A stretch of DNA of 64,000 bases from Alphaproteobacteria bacterium (GCA_963422645.2 CAXXVO010000008.1:64001-128000); one strand, 5' to 3'; shown: positions 11,072 through 23,744, counted from the stretch's first letter. Translations and numbers: made by a program. The notes: a model not told the origin generated them from the letters alone.

Positions 11072-13165
11072 GTGTCAAGTGAATTCGTTGCCACCGCCTG
11101 CCCCCACGACTGCCCGTCGACCTGCGCGCTGGAGGTGGAGCGGCTTGCGCCGGACCGGATCGGCGCGGTCAGAGGCGCGCGGGAGAACGACTACACGGCG
11201 GGCGTCATCTGCGCCAAGGTCGCGCGCTATGCGGAGCGCGTGCACCATCCGGGGCGTCTCGCGCAGCCGCTGCAGCGAAGCGGCGAGAAGGGCGCGGGCG
11301 AGTTCCGTCCCATCGGCTGGGACGACGCGCTCGACCTGATTGCCGACTCCTTCGTCCGCGCCGAGGAGAAACACGGCCCCGAGGCCGTCTGGCCCTACTA
11401 CTACGCCGGCACCATGGGCCTGGTGCAGCGCGACGGGATCAACCGCCTGCGCCACGTGATGAAGTACTCGGGGCAGGACGAGACCATCTGCTCGCGTCTT
11501 TCCAGCGACGGCTGGTGGGCCGGGGTCGGCACCTACGTGGGGTCCGACCCGCGCGAGATGGCGAAGGCGGACCTGATCGTCGTCTGGGGCTGCAATCCGG
11601 CGTCCACCCAGGTCAACGTGATGACCCACATCGCGAAGGCGCGGAAGACGCGGGATGCCGCGCTCGTCGTGGTCGATCCTTACGAGACGCGGACCGCCAA
11701 GGTCGCCGACCATCACGTGGCCTTGCGGCCCGGCACCGACGGCGCGCTCGCCTGCGGCATCATGCATGTGCTCTTCGCCGAGGACTTCGCCGACCGCGGC
11801 TACCTCGCCCGCCACACTGATTGTCCGGGCGAATTCGAGGCTCATCTCGCGAGCCGAGACCCCGCGTGGGCGTCCGCCATCACCGGCATTCCGGCAGCCG
11901 AGATCGTCGCGCTCGCCCGCATGATCGGCCGCATCAAGCGCACCTACATCCGCCTTGGCTACGGCTTCACACGCTCGCGCAACGGGGCTGCGAATATGCA
12001 TGCCGCCACCTGCATCGCGGCAGTCACCGGCGCCTGGCAGTACGAGGGCGGCGGCGCCATGCACACCAACAAGAGCGTCTACGGCGTCGATGCCACCCTG
12101 ATCGAAGGGCTCGACGCGCGTGACCGCTCGGTGCGGCTCCTCGACATGTCGCGCATCGGTCCGGTGCTGACCGGCGACGCGAGCGACCTCGGTGACGGCC
12201 CGCCGGTCACCGCCATCGTCATGCAGAACGTCAACCCCGCGTCGGTGGCGCCGGAATCGGCCAAGGTGCGTGAGGGACTCATGCGCGATGACCTCTTCCT
12301 CGCCGTGCACGAGCAGTTCATGACCGACACCGCGCGCTACGCCGACATCGTGCTGCCGGCGACGACCTTCCTCGAGCATGACGACATTTACGTGGGCGGC
12401 GGCCACAGCTACCTGCTGATGGGCGCCAAGGTGATCGAGCCTTACGCGGAAACCCGCTCCAACCACGACGTGATCCGCGCACTCGCAAAGCGGCTCGGCG
12501 CCGAGCATCCGGGCTTCGACATGACCGCGTGGGAGATGATCGACGCGACGCTGAAGCGCTCAGGCCACCCCGACGCGGCGACGCTCAAGGCCATGCGCTG
12601 GAAGGACTGCATGCCGGAATTCGAGAGCGCCCATCACCTGAACGGCTTCGGTTGGCCGGACGGGCGCTTCCGCTTCAAGCCGGACTGGACCAGGATGGGG
12701 CCGCGCGGGGCCGAGATGCCGGCCTTGCCCGACCACATGGCGGTGACCGAGGCGCCGGACGCGGAACACCCCTTCCGCCTCGTCACCGCGCCCGCTCACA
12801 ACTACCTCAATTCGAGCTTCACCGAGACGCCCACCAGCATAGCCAAGGAGGCCAGGCCCTCCGCCCTCTTCCATCCCGGCGACGCCCGTGACCTGGGCTT
12901 CGAGGACGGCGATCGCATCCGCATCGGCAACCGGCGGGGCTCGATCCTGCTTCACGCCCGCATCGCCGGCGCCAACGGCAAGGTGTCGGACAACGGCACC
13001 ACCCAAGGCCAGCAGCGCGGCACCGTCATCGTCGAGAGCGTCTGGCCCAACACCGCCTTCGAGGAGGGGCTCGGGATCAACACGCTGACCTCGGCCGATC
13101 CCGGCTATCCCAACGGCGGCGCGGTGTTCCACGACACCGCCATCTGGGCCCGGCCTGCGAACTAG
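11072..13165 (+). CDS. Molybdopterin (bis-MGD) oxidoreductase family protein with N-terminal 4Fe-4S motif
   Basis: GTG start after RBS GAGGAGG; TACPHDCPSTC...C motif, PGTDGALA, TARYADIVLPATT, C-terminal MopB domain. Confidence 0.9.
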   Translation: MSSEFVATACPHDCPSTCALEVERLAPDRIGAVRGARENDYTAGVICAKVARYAERVHHPGRLAQPLQRSGEKGAGEFRPIGWDDALDLIADSFVRAEEKHGPEAVWPYYYAGTMGLVQRDGINRLRHVMKYSGQDETICSRLSSDGWWAGVGTYVGSDPREMAKADLIVVWGCNPASTQVNVMTHIAKARKTRDAALVVVDPYETRTAKVADHHVALRPGTDGALACGIMHVLFAEDFADRGYLARHTDCPGEFEAHLASRDPAWASAITGIPAAEIVALARMIGRIKRTYIRLGYGFTRSRNGAANMHAATCIAAVTGAWQYEGGGAMHTNKSVYGVDATLIEGLDARDRSVRLLDMSRIGPVLTGDASDLGDGPPVTAIVMQNVNPASVAPESAKVREGLMRDDLFLAVHEQFMTDTARYADIVLPATTFLEHDDIYVGGGHSYLLMGAKVIEPYAETRSNHDVIRALAKRLGAEHPGFDMTAWEMIDATLKRSGHPDAATLKAMRWKDCMPEFESAHHLNGFGWPDGRFRFKPDWTRMGPRGAEMPALPDHMAVTEAPDAEHPFRLVTAPAHNYLNSSFTETPTSIAKEARPSALFHPGDARDLGFEDGDRIRIGNRRGSILLHARIAGANGKVSDNGTTQGQQRGTVIVESVWPNTAFEEGLGINTLTSADPGYPNGGAVFHDTAIWARPAN

Positions 13166-13198
13166 GGCGAGGGGGAGTCAACCGCTCACCTCTTCTGG

Positions 13199-13430
13199 AG
13201 TAGTCCCCCGCCAGTAGTCCCCACCTCCCCCTGTCCCCCTCCCGACTTCTTCATTCCCCTCAGTCGGCGGGCGCTCGCTCCGCTCTCTTGCCTACGCGCG
13301 TACGCGCGCGGCGCAGTCGCGCCGTCCGGGCCTGCGGCCCAGGAGGGCGGAGGGGGAACGCAATCAGCCAAAGCGAGCTCTCCCTCTCCGCCCCTGGGGG
13401 CGGAGAGGGCCGGGGTGAGGTGGGGGACAG
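13199..13430. repeat. Composite intergenic palindromic repeat region
   Basis: CCCTCTCCGCCCC-T-GGGGGCGGAGAGGG-CCGGGGTGAGG hairpin, plus a ~90-bp unit (13251-13340) similar to 38850-38943. Confidence 0.55.
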
Positions 13431-13448
13431 CGCGTCAAGCGACGCCGA

Positions 13449-15020
13449 TCAGCAGGTCTTCCAGTCCTTCGCGGCCTCCAGGGCTGCAGCCACCTGGAGC
13501 ACCTTCGCATCCTCGAAGTGGCGGCCGACGATCATGCAGCCGATGGGCAGGTCGTCGGAGCGCCCGCACGGCACCGAGATGGCCGGGTGCCCGGTCACGT
13601 CGAACTGGCAGGTGTTGTGGATCATGTCGAGCGTGCGGAGGATACGCTCCTTGAGCGGCGCGTCGTTGCCGGGGATCGGCGTCGGCAGGATCGCCGTGGT
13701 GGGCATCACCAGCACGTCGCAGGATTCCAGCAGGTCGTCGTAGCTCTGCACGATCTGGCCCCGGATGTTCTGCGCCTTCGCGTAGTAGCGGTTGTAGTAC
13801 TCCGACTGCATGTATTCGCCGAAGAGCAGCACGTACTTCACCATCACGCCCATGTCGTTGGGCCTGGCGCGCGCGGCCTTCGCCACGTTGTCGAGCAGCT
13901 GGGTGTTGTAGAAGCCGCGCCAGTTGGTGCCGGTGTTGTTGCCTTTCAGCATGACCGCCTGCGCGCCTTCGGTGCACATCGGCACCCAGACGTGATAGGC
14001 GTCCTCGTGGCGCGGGTTGGAGACTTCGGTCACCTCGGCGCCTTCGCCGGCAAGGCGGTCGACGGCGGCACGGACGCTATCCGAGACCACCTTGTCGCCC
14101 GGCGGGAGCCCGGTATCGCCCCAGGTCTCCTCACCGGCACCTTGGTCGAAGCCTTCCTTCAACACGCCGATCTTGATGCCCTTGCAGCCCGCATCGAGGC
14201 CGGTGACGTAATTCGTGTCCAGCCCCGCCGGGATCATGCCCCGCTGGCGCGGGTCCAGAGGGTCTTCGCCGGCGATCGCGGTGAGCATGCGGGCGGCATT
14301 CTCCACCGTGTCGGCCATGGGGCCGAGGTGGTCCATGGTCATCTCGATCATCATGGCGCCGGTGTAAGGCACGAGGCCGTAGGTGGGCTTGAGCCCGACA
14401 ATGCCGCTCCAGCTTGCCGGGATACGGATCGAGCCACCCTGGTCGCCGCCGATGGACACATCGATATCGCCGGCCGCGACCGCAGCGCCGTTGCCGTTGG
14501 AGGACGCGCCGGTCGAATGGGTCGGCTTGTGCGGATTGCGCACGGGCCCGTAGGCTGAGGTATGGCTGCCGCCGGAGAACGAGCAGTCCTCGCTATTGGT
14601 CTTGCCGAGGATGGTCCCCCCGGCATCGAGCACGCGCGTCACCACGGTGGCGTCGATATCGGGGATGTAGCCCTCCATCCCCTTGGCGCCGTTGATCATG
14701 GGGAAGCCCGCGACGCAGATCGCATCCTTGATGCCGACCCGCTTGCCGGCGAGTACGCCTTCGCCTGAGCCCTTGATCTCGCCCTTCACGAACCAGGCGT
14801 TGTAGGGGTCCTCCTCAGGCCCCGGCCGGTAGGAACCAGCGCGCGGATATTTCACCGGCGGCTTGGTTTCCTGCATCGTGTCGAGGCGGCGGTAGCTCTG
14901 CAGCGTGCCCGCCATCATTTCGCTGTAGAGGGCGGCGTCCGCATCGCTCATGGTGAAGCCGAACGACTCGGCCAACTCCTGGACCTTGTTGGCGCTCGGC
15001 GCTACTGGACCTGTCGGCAT
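13449..15020 (-). CDS. Amidase signature family protein
   Basis: Catalytic K (GIKD), GASSNG and GGDQGGSIRIPAS. Confidence 0.92.
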   Translation of the reverse strand: MPTGPVAPSANKVQELAESFGFTMSDADAALYSEMMAGTLQSYRRLDTMQETKPPVKYPRAGSYRPGPEEDPYNAWFVKGEIKGSGEGVLAGKRVGIKDAICVAGFPMINGAKGMEGYIPDIDATVVTRVLDAGGTILGKTNSEDCSFSGGSHTSAYGPVRNPHKPTHSTGASSNGNGAAVAAGDIDVSIGGDQGGSIRIPASWSGIVGLKPTYGLVPYTGAMMIEMTMDHLGPMADTVENAARMLTAIAGEDPLDPRQRGMIPAGLDTNYVTGLDAGCKGIKIGVLKEGFDQGAGEETWGDTGLPPGDKVVSDSVRAAVDRLAGEGAEVTEVSNPRHEDAYHVWVPMCTEGAQAVMLKGNNTGTNWRGFYNTQLLDNVAKAARARPNDMGVMVKYVLLFGEYMQSEYYNRYYAKAQNIRGQIVQSYDDLLESCDVLVMPTTAILPTPIPGNDAPLKERILRTLDMIHNTCQFDVTGHPAISVPCGRSDDLPIGCMIVGRHFEDAKVLQVAAALEAAKDWKTC

Positions 15021-15082
15021 TCTGCTCTCCCTTGCTTCCCGAGGCCGCCGGGCAATGCCCGAACGGCGCGTCGCATTCTAGC

Positions 15083-17054
15083 CTGAACTTCCGGAGCGGA
15101 TATTGAGCTAAGCCATTGCGGTTGCTTTGGAAAGCACCGTTTCGCGGAGTCGCGTACTGGGTACGCTACAGGCTGACGCCGAGCAGGTCGAGCGCCTGGC
15201 GCTGCAGCTTCGTCGGTTTGGTGACCAGGTCGAAGGGCGGTGCTCCGGGCAGTTTCGGCTGAACTCTGTTCCTGGCGATGGTCGCCAGGTCTTCGAGGAG
15301 GGTGCGGAAGCTATGCACCGGCACGCCGTCTGGTGTGCGCTTGGCGGCGGCCTTGCGCCGGGCCGAAGGCGAGGGCTTTGCCGGTGCGACGATGGAGGCG
15401 CGCGCGGCGTCCGCGCCCGCCGGGTCGTCCTCGTCGAACAGGATGGGGGCGAGCCTTTGGCGCATGTGCCACTCGACATGGTAGGCGAGCATGCACAGCA
15501 GGACGTGGGCGCGCACGCGCTCAGGCCGATAGTGGTGGATGGGCCGCACCTTGAGGTCGACCGTCTTGACGCTTCGGAAGGCGCGCTCGATGCGGCTCAA
15601 TCCCTTGTAGGCGCGCACCGTGTCCTCGGCCCCGAGCTCGCGCTCGGACAGGCTGGTGCGGATGACGTAGAGGCCATCGAGCGCCGCCTCTTCGGCGATC
15701 CGCTCTGCGTTGCGCCGCCAGGCGAAGCCGTCATCGGCGATCTCCAGGTCGAAGTGCTTTCCGACCTTGTGCTTGCCGATGACCTTGCCCACGCGCAGCC
15801 CGATCTTGTCCTTGCCGGCGAGACGGCGCTTGTCGCGCCGGGTTGCCGCACGGATCGCGTCGAGATCGCTCTCGGTGGCCTGGAGCAGGGCCTCGCGCTT
15901 GCGCGCGCGCTCTTCGGCGAGCAGCGGGTTGCGGCAGGCGATCAGGCGCTCGCCGGGGAAGTCGGGATGATGGATCTCGGCCAGGGCGCGCTCGTCGAAG
16001 AGCGAGAGCTGCAGCGTCCCGCCGGAGGCCAGCTCGCGGATCGCCGGCGCCCGCAGCGCGCTGATCCACTCCAGCCCGGCCGGCTTCACCTCCTCGCGGA
16101 TGCGCGCCTCGGTGAGCATGCCGCGATCGCCCACGAGAACGACCCGCGAAAGCCGGAAGCGCCGGCGCAGCTTGTCGATCTGCGTGCCCAGTGTGGCCGG
16201 ATCGGCGGTGTTGCCCTCGAACACCTCCACCGCCACCGGGCAGCCCTGCGCGTTGCACAGAAGCCCGAACACGATCTGCAGCTTGCCGCGCTTGCCGTCG
16301 CGGGAGTAGCCGTGACGCGCCAGCGGACAGCAGCGCCCCTCCAGCCAGGTCGAAGTGACGTCGTAGAGCACCAGCGCGCCGTCCTCGAGATGACGCTCGG
16401 CCAGACCCCGCTCGATCCTGGGCTGGCGCTGCAGTAGCCAGTCCATCGCCTCGTAGAGCTCGTCTTCGCCGACCTCGCCCAGGGCGAGCGCCTCGCCGAG
16501 GCCGTGGCCAAGCGTGTCCTCGCTGAGCCCGCGCGCGGTGGCGAGCTTCGAGCGCGGCGCCACGATGCGGGCGACGATCATGGCCACCACGAGATCGCGC
16601 AGCCGCGAGCGCCTGGCGCCGATCAGCCGTTCCAGACCGAGGCCGCGCAGGGCGCCGAGCACCGCTGCCACATGGCCGAAGGGACGCGAGCGGGTGATGT
16701 CGAAGCCGTCGTGCTCGCGGATCGTCTCGCCTCGGGGCACTGCGGTTCCGCCGCGCAGCAGGATGCGCAGACCGTCGATCAGGTGCGGCGGCCACTTGGA
16801 CAGATTGGCCAGGGTGCGTTTTCTGATTTTTCCGCCCGCGCGCCATGATTCGCGCAGGAGGATTGCGGGCGGGGAGTTCCGGTTTGGGACGCTCTCGATA
16901 TACATGGGGACGGAACATAGCCCACCTCCCGCCTCATATCAACCACCTCTCTCCATTTACATGGGTACACTTTGCATCTGCGCCGAAGGCCGATACGCCC
17001 GTAAGATCAACGGCTTAGCCCCGAAAATCAGCCCATTTCCGGGGGGAAGTTCGG
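15083..17054 (-). mobile_element. IS1634-family element, copy A (1972 bp)
   Basis: Ends CTGAACTTCC...GGAAGTTCGG; 6-bp TSD TCTAGC at 15077-15082 and 17055-17060; same sequence as 58379-60350. Confidence 0.92.
15166..16905 (-). CDS. IS1634-family DDE transposase
   Basis: LYDVTSTWLEG, HGYSRDGK, VGDRGM, IERAFRSVK, RPIHHY. Confidence 0.92.
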   Translation of the reverse strand: MYIESVPNRNSPPAILLRESWRAGGKIRKRTLANLSKWPPHLIDGLRILLRGGTAVPRGETIREHDGFDITRSRPFGHVAAVLGALRGLGLERLIGARRSRLRDLVVAMIVARIVAPRSKLATARGLSEDTLGHGLGEALALGEVGEDELYEAMDWLLQRQPRIERGLAERHLEDGALVLYDVTSTWLEGRCCPLARHGYSRDGKRGKLQIVFGLLCNAQGCPVAVEVFEGNTADPATLGTQIDKLRRRFRLSRVVLVGDRGMLTEARIREEVKPAGLEWISALRAPAIRELASGGTLQLSLFDERALAEIHHPDFPGERLIACRNPLLAEERARKREALLQATESDLDAIRAATRRDKRRLAGKDKIGLRVGKVIGKHKVGKHFDLEIADDGFAWRRNAERIAEEAALDGLYVIRTSLSERELGAEDTVRAYKGLSRIERAFRSVKTVDLKVRPIHHYRPERVRAHVLLCMLAYHVEWHMRQRLAPILFDEDDPAGADAARASIVAPAKPSPSARRKAAAKRTPDGVPVHSFRTLLEDLATIARNRVQPKLPGAPPFDLVTKPTKLQRQALDLLGVSL

Positions 17055-17173
17055 TCTAGCCTGGACCTTTCTTCAGGGTCATGGCTCGGCGGGCATGGCG
17101 CAACACCCGGTATACATGGCGGAGGGCTGCTTTCGCTTGCCCACCGGAAGAATCGGGATAATGTTGCCGCGCC

Positions 17174-17935
17174 GTGACACCAAATCCTTCCATCCGAGTC
17201 GTTAAGCGGGCCTGCGCGCGGTCCCTTCTCTTCCTCGTTGCAGCCCTTCTGTCGGCGGCCGCGGGGCACGGGCCAGTCATGGCGGCCGACCTGCTGGCCG
17301 AGGGAGCCGCGGCCTATGAGGCGGGCAGCTACGGCGAGGCAGCCTCGATCTGGCGCCCGCTCGCCGAAGAGGGCGACCCCAAGGCGCAGTTCAATCTGGG
17401 ACTCCTCCACGAGACCGGCCGCGGCGTAGCTGACGACCCGGCCGAGGCCTCGGCGTGGTACGAACGGGCCGCCCGGCAGGGCGTGACCCAGGCGCAGCTC
17501 AATCTGGCATCGCTCCACCAGACCGGGCGCGGCGTCGCGCAGGACCCGGAGGAAGCGCTCTACTGGCTGGAAGTCGCGGCGCGGCTCGGCGAAGGCGCGG
17601 CGCGAGAGCAGGCGGCGGCCGCCGCCGCCGATTTGGCGCCCTTACTGGAGGACGGTGAGGCCCAAGCCGCCCAGTCCCGCGCGAGTGCCTTCGCGCCACG
17701 CCTGGAGGAACCTTCGATCCAGCGGGCAGCGGTCACTCTCATTCTCTCCGAGCGCCAAGTCGAGGACTTGCAGAGGCGGCTCGCGGCGCACGGTTACGAC
17801 CCTGGTCCGGCGGACGGCATTCCTGGCGAGATGACGAGAAACGCCGCACGCCGCTATCTCGCCGACCGCGGCCTCGAATGGCCCGAGGGCGAACTCCTGA
17901 CCCAGCGTCTTCTGGATCTCGTCGTCGAACCCTAG
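17174..17935 (+). CDS. Exported Sel1-repeat protein with C-terminal peptidoglycan-binding domain
   Basis: Signal peptide; AQFNLG..GRGV and AQLNLA..GRGV Sel1 repeats; LQRRLAAHGYDPGPADGIPGEMT. Confidence 0.82.
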   Translation: MTPNPSIRVVKRACARSLLFLVAALLSAAAGHGPVMAADLLAEGAAAYEAGSYGEAASIWRPLAEEGDPKAQFNLGLLHETGRGVADDPAEASAWYERAARQGVTQAQLNLASLHQTGRGVAQDPEEALYWLEVAARLGEGAAREQAAAAAADLAPLLEDGEAQAAQSRASAFAPRLEEPSIQRAAVTLILSERQVEDLQRRLAAHGYDPGPADGIPGEMTRNAARRYLADRGLEWPEGELLTQRLLDLVVEP

Positions 17936-17965
17936 CTCAGAGTTCGTGCGATCGTCGCGGGCACG

Positions 17966-18910
17966 CTATACCGCGCGCGGACCACGCCGGGTCACCAGAA
18001 AGAGACCTGCGAAGAGCAGCGCCAGTGCGCCCCAGATGTAGACGCTGTGACTCTCTCCCAGGATCAGGATGCCCCAACCAATCCCCGCCAGGGTGGCGAC
18101 ATAGTTCTGGGTTGAGAAGAAGACCGGCCCGGCGCGCCTGACGATCTCCAACAGCAGATAGAAGAACGCGGCGTTGATCAGGATGGCGCCGATCTGCGCC
18201 CAGTCGCTGTCGCTCATCGGGCCTGAGAAGAACCACCACTGCCCGCTCCCCGCCATGAAGGGCAAGACCATGATCGACGAGGCAAAGAGCAGCCCGCTTC
18301 CCATCGTGAGCGAATCGCTCCCGGCCGGCGCCAGGCGAGCGGCGGCGATCGTTCCGGAGGCGTAGCTGACCGGGACCAGCAGGCTGAGCAGCACCCAGCC
18401 GGCCATGTTGGATTGGGGCAGACTCGTCTCCGGCAGGACCACCAACAGAACGCCCGCAAGCCCGAGCGAGATTCCGCCGATCCGGAGCCAACGAAAACGA
18501 TCCATCGCGAGCGCCAGCGCCAGGATATAGGTGATCGTCGGGCTGAGCGTCCCGCCCAGGCTGATCACCCCGGCCGGCAGCTTGGGGGCGATAAAGGCCA
18601 GGAGAACGAACGGAAAGGCGAGAGTGAAGAAGCCGATCACGAAATAGGCCCTGACATAGGGCCAACTCAAGCGCGGGCGCCGGCGAAGCACACCGGCAAA
18701 CAGCAACAGAACGAGGCCCGCGCCGAGCGTCTGCCAAAAGACGTAGGCGAAGAAGGGGATGCCCCCGGTGACGGCGATCTTGTTGGCCGAGAAGATCAGC
18801 CCGAATATGCCGCCGCAGACGATGAGCAGGGCGAACGAAACGAGACGGTGTCGAAGCGGCGGCGGTGGTTCTTGCACGGTCGTCGCTTCTCTGGGCGCCA
18901 CGTCGCTCAC
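17966..18910 (-). CDS. DMT/EamA family transporter
   Basis: About 10 TM segments in two EamA repeats; ends GILILGE..SVYIWGALALLFAGL. Start uncertain. Confidence 0.85.
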   Translation of the reverse strand: MSDVAPREATTVQEPPPPLRHRLVSFALLIVCGGIFGLIFSANKIAVTGGIPFFAYVFWQTLGAGLVLLLFAGVLRRRPRLSWPYVRAYFVIGFFTLAFPFVLLAFIAPKLPAGVISLGGTLSPTITYILALALAMDRFRWLRIGGISLGLAGVLLVVLPETSLPQSNMAGWVLLSLLVPVSYASGTIAAARLAPAGSDSLTMGSGLLFASSIMVLPFMAGSGQWWFFSGPMSDSDWAQIGAILINAAFFYLLLEIVRRAGPVFFSTQNYVATLAGIGWGILILGESHSVYIWGALALLFAGLFLVTRRGPRAV

Positions 18911-19084
18911 CCTGCCGTTGCCCAGGCACCGTAGCACGCGTCAGCACAGCGTCCCGAGCGGCAGCCGGCGCCGCCATGGTCGGATGAGTTATGTAATCAG
19001 TTCACCGAGTTGCGCGAGACTTGGAATGGATTCGCGAAATTCCGTGTCGCGTCACGGCTTCGGTCGCGCCGAAAGGGCCGCAGC

Positions 19085-21067
<1,983 letters not shown>

Positions 21068-21306
21068 GCGGCTCGTTCCTTTCCGGACCTTGGGATCGGG
21101 CGGGCACCGCTTGGGCTCGCACACGCGCTGGACCCAGCGGACGATTCGGGGCGCACTTGCGCCCTTCGCGCCCGATTCGGGAGATGTGGGGTCGGGAGCC
21201 TCCGGGTCAAGTCACCCCTTCGCCAACCAGTCTGAAAAACCCGTGGGCGGGTGTCAAGCAAACCTTGACTGACGACATAGCAGGGTCGATGGAGCCGTGC
21301 GTACCG

Positions 21307-23133
21307 CTACGCCCTGCTTGCCCTGGGCGCTGCGCCCAAGTCGGGTATGTCCGTCTCCGCCTTCGCATTCTCCTGCAGGCGCAGAATACGTTCACGGGTG
21401 TGCTGCCACGTCTCTTCGTCGGTGTGGGCCCCTTCGGCTTCGGCCCGCGCCGCCTGCTCTTCGAGGCGTTGGTGCTGTCTCTTCAGGGCGTCCACGAACA
21501 AGTCACGGGCGTGGTCGATGCTGGCTGGCCTATCCAGAAAATGGGCGCCCTGCCCCGCCAGCTCTTCGACCACGTTGTCCAGACCCTGCTCTGCGAGGGC
21601 CGAACGAAGGCTCGCGCTCTCCGGCTCCGGCCCCGACTCGGCCCAGTCGATCAGCGCGGCGACGGCGGCGGCGAAACGAGGCGTTTCCAGGTGGAGCCCG
21701 GCCAGCGCCTCGTGCTGCTCCACCGCCAGCGCGGGAAAGCCGAGCAGGATCTGAAGCAGCGCGCGCTCGCGGGGCTGCGCCGTGCCGTGCCCCTCGGGGC
21801 CGAGCGCCTCACCCCGCCGCACCGGCGCCTCGGGCGTCGCGGACGATGGTGCGCCGCCCGGCCGCCGCCCTTGCCACGGCAGTCGCAGGCGCTGCCGAAA
21901 ATCCTCCATATAGCGGAAGCCGAGGTCGCGGTCGGGGATGCGCGCGACCTGGTCCTGCAGGTGCTTGTGGGCCCGTGCGCGCGCCTCGGGCGTGTCGAGC
22001 GTGCGGCCGCCCAACGCCAGTTTCCAGAGCTGGTCGGAGAGCGGGATCGCGGCGTCGACGACATCGGCCATCGCCCGGGGGCCTCGATCGCGCACCATCG
22101 TGTCAGGGTCCTGGCCCGCTGGGAGCGTCGCGAAACGTAGTGAGCGCTTCGCGCTGAGCCCGGGCAATGCCCGCTCGACAGCACGTGCGGCGGCACGGAC
22201 ACCTGCTTCGTCGCCGTCGAAGCAAAGCACCGGATCCTCCCCGAGCCGCCAGAGCGCCTCCAGCTGCTGTTCAGTCAGCGCGGTGCCGAGCGGCGCCACC
22301 GCCTCGGCGATGCCCGCCTGGTGCAACGCGATCACGTCCATGTAGCCCTCGACCGCGATGACGCGGCCGGCCTTGCGGGCGGCAGGCGCGGCGAGGTGCT
22401 GACCGTAGAGCAGGCTGCCTTTGGCGAAGAGCGGTGTTTCCGGCGAGTTGAGATATTTCGGCTGGCGCTCGCCCAGCGCCCGGCCGCCGAAGGCGACGAC
22501 CCGGCCGCGCCGGTCGCAAATGGGAAAGATCACCCGGCCCCGGAAGCGGTCGTAGGGCGCGCCGCCATCCTCCGGCGCGATCACGAGGCCGGCTTCCATC
22601 GTCGTCGCCTGGGTGACTCCCTCCCCTTCCAGCTTGGTGCGGAGCGCCGTGCGGCTGTCGGGCGCGAAGCCCAGGCGGAACGTGGCACGGGTTTCCTCAT
22701 CGACGCCACGCGCGTCCAGGTAGCGGCGTGCCGCCGCGCCGCGCGGCCCCGCGAGCTCGGCTTCGAACCAGGCGGCAGCAGCCTCGGTAACGCTGTAGAG
22801 CGAGTGCCGCTCCTTCTCCCGTGCCTGGGCGCGCGGGTCGCGCGCGGGAAGTGCCAGGCCCGCATCGCCCGCCAACCGCTCGACCGCCTCCGGGAACGGA
22901 AGGCCCTCGTCCCGCATGAGGAAGCCGATGACGTCGCCGTGGGCGCCGCAGCCGAAGCAGTGGAAGAAGCCCTTCTCCTCGTTCACCGTGAAGGAGGGCG
23001 TTTTCTCTTTGTGGAAGGGGCAGAGGCCGATCGATTCCCGCCCGCGGCGCACCAGCCGCACGCGCTTGGCGATCACGCCTTCCAGAGGAACGCGTGCGCG
23101 AATCTCGTCCAGAAATTGCGGTGGGAACGTCAT
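21307..23133 (-). CDS. dnaG: DNA primase
   Basis: CPFH...CFGC zinc finger, KYLNSPET, EGYMDV, FDGDEAG TOPRIM motif. Confidence 0.97.
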   Translation of the reverse strand: MTFPPQFLDEIRARVPLEGVIAKRVRLVRRGRESIGLCPFHKEKTPSFTVNEEKGFFHCFGCGAHGDVIGFLMRDEGLPFPEAVERLAGDAGLALPARDPRAQAREKERHSLYSVTEAAAAWFEAELAGPRGAAARRYLDARGVDEETRATFRLGFAPDSRTALRTKLEGEGVTQATTMEAGLVIAPEDGGAPYDRFRGRVIFPICDRRGRVVAFGGRALGERQPKYLNSPETPLFAKGSLLYGQHLAAPAARKAGRVIAVEGYMDVIALHQAGIAEAVAPLGTALTEQQLEALWRLGEDPVLCFDGDEAGVRAAARAVERALPGLSAKRSLRFATLPAGQDPDTMVRDRGPRAMADVVDAAIPLSDQLWKLALGGRTLDTPEARARAHKHLQDQVARIPDRDLGFRYMEDFRQRLRLPWQGRRPGGAPSSATPEAPVRRGEALGPEGHGTAQPRERALLQILLGFPALAVEQHEALAGLHLETPRFAAAVAALIDWAESGPEPESASLRSALAEQGLDNVVEELAGQGAHFLDRPASIDHARDLFVDALKRQHQRLEEQAARAEAEGAHTDEETWQHTRERILRLQENAKAETDIPDLGAAPRASRA

Positions 23134-23254
23134 CCCCTCACGCCTGGCTGAGCGCTCATCATGACCCGGCTCGCGCCGCTTTCCCAGCCCTTGTAACTCT
23201 TACGGGGCGGGCCTCCCCCCGTCTGCCGGCGCTGCGGCGGCCGGCCCCGGAGGA

Positions 23255-23713
23255 TCAGCCGGAAGCGAGCAGCTCCCTCACCAGCCCGCTCGCCTTGGCG
23301 AAATCCATGCGGCCCGAATACTTTTGCTTCAGGCACGCCATCGTGCGGCCCATGTCCTTGATTGTGCACGCATTTAAGTCGCTCACGACGCTGCGCACGG
23401 CCGAGACCAGATCCTCGCCCTCGATCGCTGGCGGCATGAAACTCTGGATCACGACGATCTCCTCGGCCTCGCGCTCGGCGAGGTCGACCCGGCCGCCCCG
23501 TTCGTACTGCTCAATGCTCTCGCGCCGCTGGCGAATCATCGTCTGCAACAGGGCCAAGATTTGGCCGTCGTCCAGCTCGACGTTGCCCTTGCCGCGCTCG
23601 GCAATGTCGCGATCCTTGAGCGCCGCCAGGATCAGCCTGACGGTCGCCACCCGGCACTTCTCTCGCGCCTTCATTGCGCGTTTGAGCGCGTCCTCCAGCT
23701 GCGGTCGCAGCAT
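23255..23713 (-). CDS. yqeY: GatB/YqeY domain protein
   Basis: MIRQRRESIEQY..GGR.DLAERE, KDMGRTM; lies upstream of dnaG. Confidence 0.9.
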   Translation of the reverse strand: MLRPQLEDALKRAMKAREKCRVATVRLILAALKDRDIAERGKGNVELDDGQILALLQTMIRQRRESIEQYERGGRVDLAEREAEEIVVIQSFMPPAIEGEDLVSAVRSVVSDLNACTIKDMGRTMACLKQKYSGRMDFAKASGLVRELLASG

Positions 23714-23744
23714 GGGCAGTCTCCCGTCGCTTGGAACGGCACGG

